Under the pieces are notes generated by a model. The model saw only the letters and a list, made by a program, of their open reading frames with translations. It was not told where the DNA came from and made no database searches. Position numbers and translations under genes: made by a program. A stretch of 32,000 nt of DNA from Planctopirus limnophila DSM 3776 (GTDB lineage Bacteria; Planctomycetota; Planctomycetia; Planctomycetales; Planctomycetaceae). Where the stretch lies: positions 4,830,001 to 4,862,000 of the forward strand of contig NC_014148.1 in NCBI RefSeq assembly GCF_000092105.1, written 5' to 3'. The number at the start of each line of letters is the position of its first letter. Within the stretch, counting starts at the first letter, position 1. Below, piece by piece: positions 25,999 to 32,000 of the stretch.

Positions 25999-26358
25999 TC
26001 ATCGCCTGGCTTTCTGTTCGGACTTTTTCGCTCCCTTTTTCTCTTCCTGCATCATCTCCATCACTTCACCGAGGTGGGCGAAGAAATACTCCCGCATTTT
26101 CTCCAACACCTCACCCAACAGGGGGTCGCGAAGGCGGTAGAAGATCTGATTGCCATCCCTGCGGGTTTCAACGATGTGTTTGTTTCGCAGGATGGCCAGG
26201 TGCTGAGAGATGTTGGCCTGTTCCACACCGATCTTTTCGCAGAGCACGCCGACCGACATCTCGCCGTGACTCAGAAACTCGACAACAGCGACTCGTGTCG
26301 GGTGGCCAAGTGCCTGAAAAATCCCCGCCTTGAATTGCCGCAGCGACTCCAACATCAC
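25999..26358 (-). CDS. ArsR/SmtB-family transcriptional regulator
   Basis: The winged-helix core ALGHPTRVAVVEFLSHGEMSVGVLCEKIGVEQANISQHLAILRNKHIVETRRDGNQIFYRL is a textbook ArsR HTH. It has neither the CXC alpha3 site nor the DxHx10HxxH alpha5 metal site. GTG 26358 and ATG 26355 are adjacent candidate starts. Confidence 0.9.
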   Translation of the reverse strand: MMLESLRQFKAGIFQALGHPTRVAVVEFLSHGEMSVGVLCEKIGVEQANISQHLAILRNKHIVETRRDGNQIFYRLRDPLLGEVLEKMREYFFAHLGEVMEMMQEEKKGAKKSEQKARR

Positions 26359-26368
26359 GACCTGCCCT

Positions 26369-26404
26369 TACATTCGATTCTGTGTACATTCGCATAATCG
26401 AATA
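26369..26404. promoter_or_regulatory. Candidate ArsR operator: inverted repeat ATTCGATT-N16-AATCGAAT just upstream of arsR
   Basis: ATTCGATT lies at 26372-26379 and its exact reverse complement AATCGAAT at 26396-26403, 14-46 nt upstream of the arsR start. TACATTCG also occurs as a direct repeat at 26369-26376 and 26385-26392. Confidence 0.45.
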
Positions 26405-26679
26405 TACGATGCGGCTCAGAAAATCAATCCGATCTACCTGACAGTCCCGTAAGGTGGTAAGGCATCCATGGCATCTCCGTTTCCCAGGACCTCTCAGTCC
26501 ACGACCTGTCGCAACGAATTGGACCGGCATGCGGAAAAAATTGACAATTTCATCCCGCATCCGCAATCTGTGATGGGGCAATGCGGTCTAGCGACAGTCG
26601 AATATCCACCCACAGGCAAAGCTCAAGCGGTAGTTTTATTCGAATCGACTGCGTACAAACTTTTGTCAGGAGCAGGGCT

Positions 26680-26964
26680 GTGCGGCATCTCAAAACCATC
26701 TCGCTCGCCCTGGGAATGATCAGTCTTCTGATCTCTTTGCTACCCCTCGGTTTTGCTGCTCTGGGGTTTCTCGGAATCCTTGCGGACATTGGTCCTGCCG
26801 AGAATCGCGAGATAGGCGTTCATTTGCTCGACTGGGGCTTACCCCCCTTCATTGGCGGTGTCGTGCTATGTGCGTTCGGTCTCCTGGCACACGTCACAAA
26901 TCACTGTCATACACACGCAGCGCCGAGCACAGCTTCCAATAACAGAAGCACGCAAGATTTATAA
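26680..26964 (+). CDS. Small membrane protein (about 94 aa, 2 TM) with His/Cys-rich C-terminal segment
   Basis: GTG 26680 follows AGGAG at 7-nt spacing. There are two hydrophobic helices (ISLALGMISLLISLLPLGFAALGFLGIL and FIGGVVLCAFGLLA), then HVTNHCHTH. It is divergent from arsR. I know of no homology, and the longest ORF starts at 26581. Confidence 0.45.
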   Translation: MRHLKTISLALGMISLLISLLPLGFAALGFLGILADIGPAENREIGVHLLDWGLPPFIGGVVLCAFGLLAHVTNHCHTHAAPSTASNNRSTQDL

Positions 26965-27028
26965 AACTCAATACTCACTCGGCACCCGCTGCGATTGAGC
27001 CTGTTCGTTAGTCAGAAGCTTGGAGAAC

Positions 27029-27994
27029 ATGATGCGAATACCGATTCTCGCAACGATTGTGCTGATGATCTTTATCCCCTCTGCTTCTTTCTCGCAACTG
27101 GTTCCTCCCGAACAAGTCGAACCTGTTGGGCCACCCCTCTTTGTTGTGACGGTCAACGGCAAAGCGGGGTTTATGGATCCCGAAGGCAAGATTGTCATCA
27201 AGCCTGCTTTCGAACAGGCACTGCCTTTTCACGATGGACTCGCAGCCGTTCTTCAGCAAGGCCAGTGGGGGTTTATTGACACAACCGGGCGCATGGTCAT
27301 CGAACCGCAATTCATCAGCGTGGGTTCCTTTTCCGAGGGTCTGGCCAAGTTTCAGGACAAGCGGCACACCGACAAACTGGGCTACATCGATAAGACGGGC
27401 CAGGTGGTCATTCAACCACAGTTCGATGCTGCGGAAGAGTTTCGCAATGGAATCGCCCGGGTGGGTGTTGCCACTTACAAAGGGATCCTGCTCAGTCTGA
27501 TTGCCGACGTGGGGGTCGAGTGCAGTTACAAGTTTATTGACCGTGCCGGCAATCGTGTCCCGGAACCTCTTCCCGAACATTACGCCACGGGCGAGCAGGA
27601 CGAACTCATTCCTTTCCGCAAGCAGGGTCTGTATGGCTATGTGAATGCTGAGGGACAGGTCGTCATCGAGCCGCAATTTGAGTACGCCGCTGCTTTCTCC
27701 GAAGGGCTGGCCAGAGCTTATAAAAACCGGTTAAGCGGCTACATCGACAAACGCGGCGAGTGGGCCATTCCCCCACGCTTCGAGTACGCCAACGATTTTT
27801 CGGAAGGGCTTGCTGGCGTCAATCTCGGCGAAGAAGGCTGGGGTTTCATCGATCGCTCGGGCCAACCAGTGATTCCTGGTCGATACGGCTGGATCTACGG
27901 CGGCTTTCGCCACGGCGTGGCCGAGGTCGCTTTTGACCGCAAACAGGGCTATATCAACAAAAAAGGCGAATGGATCCGACCACTCGGCGAATAG
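27029..27994 (+). CDS. Secreted WG-repeat (KWG-like) beta-propeller-type protein
   Basis: Signal peptide MMRIPILATIVLMIFIPSASFS. About eight repeats have the form G(F/Y)(I/M/V)(D/N)..G..VI.P.F., for example GFMDPEGKIVIKPAFE, GFIDTTGRMVIEPQFI, GYIDKTGQVVIQPQFD and GYVNAEGQVVIEPQFE. Confidence 0.8.
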   Translation: MMRIPILATIVLMIFIPSASFSQLVPPEQVEPVGPPLFVVTVNGKAGFMDPEGKIVIKPAFEQALPFHDGLAAVLQQGQWGFIDTTGRMVIEPQFISVGSFSEGLAKFQDKRHTDKLGYIDKTGQVVIQPQFDAAEEFRNGIARVGVATYKGILLSLIADVGVECSYKFIDRAGNRVPEPLPEHYATGEQDELIPFRKQGLYGYVNAEGQVVIEPQFEYAAAFSEGLARAYKNRLSGYIDKRGEWAIPPRFEYANDFSEGLAGVNLGEEGWGFIDRSGQPVIPGRYGWIYGGFRHGVAEVAFDRKQGYINKKGEWIRPLGE

Positions 27995-28263
27995 GAGATC
28001 TTCAACACATGTAACGACGCCATCGTCAAGAGAAGTGCGGCCGGGTGGAGTTAAGGCTCTGCGCAACCCACCAGTTCTTCTGCTCATCCTCGAAGCGTTC
28101 ATCAACTCCGGACGGGATCATACTATTCACCGGGGCAGAATTTGCCCAGACGTAGCTCGGCACGTCGTGAGTGACGGCCGCCATACAAAACGCCAATAGA
28201 TCGCTAAAATTCTTCGACACAAGTTAATTCCTGCAGGTAATCAATAGGCAAAGGTTAAGTTCG

Positions 28264-29316
28264 ATGATCTTTCGATGCGGGCTCATCATCGCTGCGTTGC
28301 TGCTGGTCGCTCAAATCGCGGATGCTCGGCCGAAGGATTTTCTTAAGAAGAGCGATGCCTGGTTTGCGGGAGACGAGGCACAGCGAATTGCGAAAAGTAT
28401 TCTCTCGTTCCAGAGTGAAACCGGCGGCTGGCCCAAGAATGTTGATACAACGGCCGCTCGCTATACCGGCGATCGCTCACAGCTCAAAGGGACTTACGAT
28501 AACGGAGCGACGACCGATGAATTGCGATTTCTGGCTCGTATCTATAAGGCCACAAAAGATTCCAAGTACCACCAGTCGTTTGACCGTGGCCTCGCATACA
28601 TCCTGAAAGGGCAATACCAGAACGGCGGCTGGCCCCAATTCTCACCGCCGGGTGCGGGCTATCATCGCCATATCACATTCAATGATGGTGCGATGGTGCG
28701 TCTGCTCGAATTCCTGCGGGAAGTCGCGACAGCAGATCGATACGAGTTCGTCGATGACCATCGCCGCCAGGCGGCAACCATTGCTGTGAGCCGGGGAATC
28801 GACTGCATTCTCAAGTGTCAGATCCGGGTTGAGGGCACATTGACAGTCTGGTGCGCGCAGCACGACGAAATCGACTTTCGCCCACAGCCTGCGAGAACGT
28901 TTGAACTGGCAACGCTCAGCGGGTGCGAATCGGCAGGAATCACCCGCTTTCTGATGAGCATTGATGATCCATCGCCCGAGATTGTGCAGTCTGTGGATGC
29001 CGCGATCGCGTGGTTCGAGCGATCAAAACTCACAGGCATTCGCGTGGCCACCGAGAAAGACAAGAAAGGCCCCGAAGGGATCAATCGAGTGGTGGTGGCT
29101 GATGAACATGCTCCTCCGCTATGGGCTCGTTTCTACCAGATCGAGACCAATCAGCCGGTCTTCGTTGATCGCGACGGGATTCCTAAAGCGACGCTGGCTG
29201 AGATTGGCTACGAACGACGCAATGGCTACGCCTGGTACGGCACCTGGCCGCAAAAACTCCTGAGCGATGATTACCCCAAATGGAGGCGGAAAATCTCGCT
29301 CAAAGTGAGTTCATAG
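28264..29316 (+). CDS. Pectate lyase, PelA/Pel-15E family (polysaccharide lyase family 10)
   Basis: Signal peptide followed by the PL10 hallmarks SETGGWPKNVD, YDNGATTDELRFLARIY and YQNGGWPQFSP. Confidence 0.85.
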   Translation: MIFRCGLIIAALLLVAQIADARPKDFLKKSDAWFAGDEAQRIAKSILSFQSETGGWPKNVDTTAARYTGDRSQLKGTYDNGATTDELRFLARIYKATKDSKYHQSFDRGLAYILKGQYQNGGWPQFSPPGAGYHRHITFNDGAMVRLLEFLREVATADRYEFVDDHRRQAATIAVSRGIDCILKCQIRVEGTLTVWCAQHDEIDFRPQPARTFELATLSGCESAGITRFLMSIDDPSPEIVQSVDAAIAWFERSKLTGIRVATEKDKKGPEGINRVVVADEHAPPLWARFYQIETNQPVFVDRDGIPKATLAEIGYERRNGYAWYGTWPQKLLSDDYPKWRRKISLKVSS

Positions 29317-29348
29317 CGACGATATCTATTGAATAACTGATGCCGCGC

Positions 29349-31820
29349 TTATGGAGAATTTTCGTCAATCGCAAGCTGGGGAAGTTTGGCACCGTAATAA
29401 ACAGCTCGGTGACGGTTATCGTCGTAAGCAAAGTGGAGATAACCATCCTCGCTGACAAACCCATCCGGATAATTCAGTCGCCCCTGAGAGCCATCTGAAG
29501 ACTCTTTAACCAGCACCCTTCGATAAGGCCATGTTTTCATCCCATCATAGCTGACCCATAAGGAAAGGGGACTGCGGTGACTGGAATTGGGATTATGCAG
29601 CATGGCGACACCATTATCACGCAGCTTGTAAATGGTCGCCTTCGAACCAGGATTCGGAATCTCGGTTTTTTGAGCAAAATTTGGCCAGGTCTTGCCGCCA
29701 TCTATTGATTCGGCCATGTATAGCACACCACCGAGTCGATCCCCACGAATGATCATTTTGATCGTACCGTCGTCCAGCTCGACGATATTGTTCTCAGCCC
29801 AGCCATGGTAGCGATCATCTGTGGTGAGACGGATGTTGCCGTACTCTGTCCACGTTTCCCCCTGATCACTGCTGATGAGCACTCCGTTTCGCGGATTGCT
29901 CACATAATGCCTTAGCGCCTTGTGCCAGGGGCGATCTTCCGCGGGTGGCGGAGGAACATCTGGTCCCGGCCCTTCATAATGCTGGAAGGGAACCATAATT
30001 CGCCCATCCTTCGTGACGATGTGGTTGCGAATGAACGTGAACTGGCCCAATCGTCCTGGCAGCAATCTGGGTTTGCTCCAGGCCCGGCCCTGATTGGGAC
30101 TGGTCATGATCCATGATTGCCAGTTTCGGCCCCACGTTTCAGAGTGCGTCGAAAAGAACATGGTTAACTTGCCGCGATGCACCATCACCTCGGTCGCACC
30201 TTGTCCACTGGTGAGACCACTGCGCGGCAGACCGGTGGGAACCTCCTGGATCGCAGACCAGGTCTTTCCCTGATCCAGACTTTTGACGACGCCTATGTAG
30301 TTCCCTGGCGATGGTTCGATGTCGTCACCCGCCAGCAGGTAGAGCGCCCACGATTTATCCGGCAACTGACGCAGTGTCGTGTCGCAAACCAATTTGTTCG
30401 GTGTGATACCATCATAGGCAATCGTTGTACGGTCGAACTCCGCATTCTGCAGAGCTTTGTCTTTCCATCGACCCTGCGAACCTTCGACCATGGCGAGAAG
30501 TTTCACGTCAATTGGCTGCGCCACGGGGTCTTTTTTCACGCCGGGCAATTTTGATTCGAGAAGCCCGCCCATGGCCTTGGTGATCACTCCCTGAAGGCGT
30601 GCATCGTGTGAAACAATTTTTCCAGCTGCCACATCCTCTTCCCGAAAAACAGCCAGCTGCACTTCCCGCTCTTTCGCCCGCTCGCGGTCATACGAAATGT
30701 AGATTCTTCCATCGGGAGCCTGAAAACCATCCGGGTAGGAAACTCCTCCCCGGTCATCGAGCATCAGTCCGCCGCCCCAGGTTTGGCCCTCATCATGTGA
30801 GAGGAACGCCATCAGTCGTGTCCGATGTTTTGTGCGTTCATCCACCTGGCCATGCCTGACCAGCAGCAGGCTTCCTGAAGCCAACCGACGGATATGAAAT
30901 CTCGTCGGGATATGCGGCATCGCCATTTCAGGCTGACTCCAGGTCTTTCCCTGATCTTGCGAGAGACTTTCAAACATCCCTTCTGTGGTGCGGGCCAGCA
31001 TCCAGAGTGTGCCATCCTTGCGTTCGATAATCATATGTTCGTCAAACTGCGGGCCAGGAAAGGCGACGCCGCCACGATAGTTCCACGTCTTTCCTTGATC
31101 TTGGGAAACCAGGACATTGGCCTTGCGGTAAGGGTCGAGTTCTGGAGCAGCGGTTTTGAGTTCCGCAGGACCGATCTTGCCGCGATCCCATAATGAAACG
31201 GGAAGCATCCATTCCCCCGACTTGAGGACAGTCGGTTTATTGAGCGTGCAACCATCCCAGATCCGGCGTGGAGCCGACCAGACAGGAGATGCAGCATCGG
31301 GGTCATCGCACGTGATCGCCCAGTTCCCGGCACGACCATCAAAATAGCCCATCGATTGATCGAAAAAGAGCCAGAGTCTGCCGGTGGGATCAGTCCATAA
31401 ATTTCCGACAAGAATCCGACGCTTCAAACCTGTGGGTGCTTCGGGTGGATCAATGACCAGTTGTGGCGACTTCCACGTCTGGCCATCGTCATCACTCAGG
31501 CCCAGCACAAAAAATCCTTTCTCGCTGTCTCCACCCGCCACCCAGGCGGCCCACAAACGTCCTTTGGACGTTCGTTCAATCCCGATGGTCATGGAGTAGT
31601 CAAGCTGCTCCGGCGAATATTCGGGCCCGGGATGGGTCTGAATCACCGGTGGAACCAGCGAAAGATCCAGAATCTCGCGTCCGGGCAAAGTCTCTGCCCC
31701 CAGAGTGACTTGCCCTCCCAGAAAGCAGCACACTCCTCCCAGGAATAACAAACTCAGACAGCGGGTGAACTCTTTGAGGTTCTCAGAAACAACAATGTAT
31801 AAAGCGCGCGACCGAGGCAT
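29349..31820 (-). CDS. Tandem Asp-box (BNR) sialidase-like glycoside hydrolase, two propeller modules
   Basis: Nine S-x-D-x-G-x-(T/A)-W Asp-boxes: SDDDGQTW, SQDQGKTW x2, SHDEGQTW | SLDQGKTW, SPNQGRAW, SSDQGETW, SIDGGKTW, SYDGMKTW. Four fall in the N-terminal half and five in the C-terminal half. I prefer ATG 31820 (GAAAGG upstream, with a signal-like hydrophobic segment LSLLFLGGVCCFLGG) over the TTG at 31859. Confidence 0.8.
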   Translation of the reverse strand: MPRSRALYIVVSENLKEFTRCLSLLFLGGVCCFLGGQVTLGAETLPGREILDLSLVPPVIQTHPGPEYSPEQLDYSMTIGIERTSKGRLWAAWVAGGDSEKGFFVLGLSDDDGQTWKSPQLVIDPPEAPTGLKRRILVGNLWTDPTGRLWLFFDQSMGYFDGRAGNWAITCDDPDAASPVWSAPRRIWDGCTLNKPTVLKSGEWMLPVSLWDRGKIGPAELKTAAPELDPYRKANVLVSQDQGKTWNYRGGVAFPGPQFDEHMIIERKDGTLWMLARTTEGMFESLSQDQGKTWSQPEMAMPHIPTRFHIRRLASGSLLLVRHGQVDERTKHRTRLMAFLSHDEGQTWGGGLMLDDRGGVSYPDGFQAPDGRIYISYDRERAKEREVQLAVFREEDVAAGKIVSHDARLQGVITKAMGGLLESKLPGVKKDPVAQPIDVKLLAMVEGSQGRWKDKALQNAEFDRTTIAYDGITPNKLVCDTTLRQLPDKSWALYLLAGDDIEPSPGNYIGVVKSLDQGKTWSAIQEVPTGLPRSGLTSGQGATEVMVHRGKLTMFFSTHSETWGRNWQSWIMTSPNQGRAWSKPRLLPGRLGQFTFIRNHIVTKDGRIMVPFQHYEGPGPDVPPPPAEDRPWHKALRHYVSNPRNGVLISSDQGETWTEYGNIRLTTDDRYHGWAENNIVELDDGTIKMIIRGDRLGGVLYMAESIDGGKTWPNFAQKTEIPNPGSKATIYKLRDNGVAMLHNPNSSHRSPLSLWVSYDGMKTWPYRRVLVKESSDGSQGRLNYPDGFVSEDGYLHFAYDDNRHRAVYYGAKLPQLAIDENSP

Positions 31821-31866
31821 GAGCACGTGCCTTTCTCGCAAAAAAGGAGGAGATGTCAATCCGTGA

Positions 31867-31930
31867 TGTAAACAAACCAGCTGTCAAACAAACCCAGGTG
31901 GCAAACAAAACCGAGTGGCAAAGAGCAAAG
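31867..31930. repeat. Three to four imperfect direct repeats TG(T/G)(C)AAACAAA(A)CC at 15-18-bp spacing upstream of the sialidase-like gene
   Basis: TGTAAACAAACC (31867-78), TGTCAAACAAACCC (31882-95), TGGCAAACAAAACC (31898-911), and a degenerate TGGCAAAGAGCAAAG (31916-30). Confidence 0.6.
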
Positions 31931-32000
31931 TCATTGACCAGCAGCAACTTCTTTGTAACGACTTGCCCGGCTCAAGGACAGAGGCCACAAGGCTCCCCAA

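Noticed and set aside
28026-28220. 64-aa minus-strand ORF (GTG start with AGGA 8 nt upstream) in the gap between the WG-repeat and pectate lyase genes.
   Set aside because: It has no recognisable domain, no hydrophobic or signal features, and is oriented against both neighbours. It is possible but unsupported, so I did not list it as a feature.

Overview
The window looks like ordinary chromosome. Its gene content fits a Planctomycetota-type genome, though that is an inference: an H4MPT-type MtdA, a Tat-signal Gfo/Idh/MocA oxidoreductase, WG-repeat and Asp-box (BNR) proteins, a PL10 pectate lyase and many exported proteins. I can support about 25 protein-coding genes plus a few hairpins and repeats. 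I recognised no rRNA, tRNA, CRISPR array, transposase, integrase or phage gene. From left to right the genes are: mtdA-like dehydrogenase; FeS-type (6-4) photolyase/cryptochrome; small membrane protein; UbiA prenyltransferase; bacterioferritin; a minus-strand exbB-exbD-exbD-unknown operon; a NarL-type two-component pair; a minus-strand ApbE / split DoxX-like / Tat-oxidoreductase group; a 650-bp ORF-free structured region; a Met-rich lipoprotein, MsrP and an MsrQ-reductase fusion; a YjhG/YagF-type sugar-acid dehydratase; a diheme cytochrome c; an alpha/beta hydrolase; ArsR plus an orphan antiporter-like membrane subunit; a small His/Cys-tailed membrane protein; a WG-repeat protein; a PL10 pectate lyase; and a tandem Asp-box sialidase-like protein. 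The best candidate for an unusual system is 15703..18944. There, a lipoprotein whose C-terminal 68 residues are about 26% Met sits directly upstream of MsrP. The next gene fuses MsrQ in one ORF to an FAD/NAD(P)H reductase and a 2Fe-2S ferredoxin domain, which looks like a self-powered periplasmic methionine-sulfoxide and oxidant-scavenging module. Secondary candidates are the ExbB-ExbD-ExbD motor with an unrecognisable fourth gene where TonB would be expected, the ArsR-linked orphan antiporter-like subunit, and the split DoxX protein. All homology calls were made by eye from the supplied translations, with no searches run.
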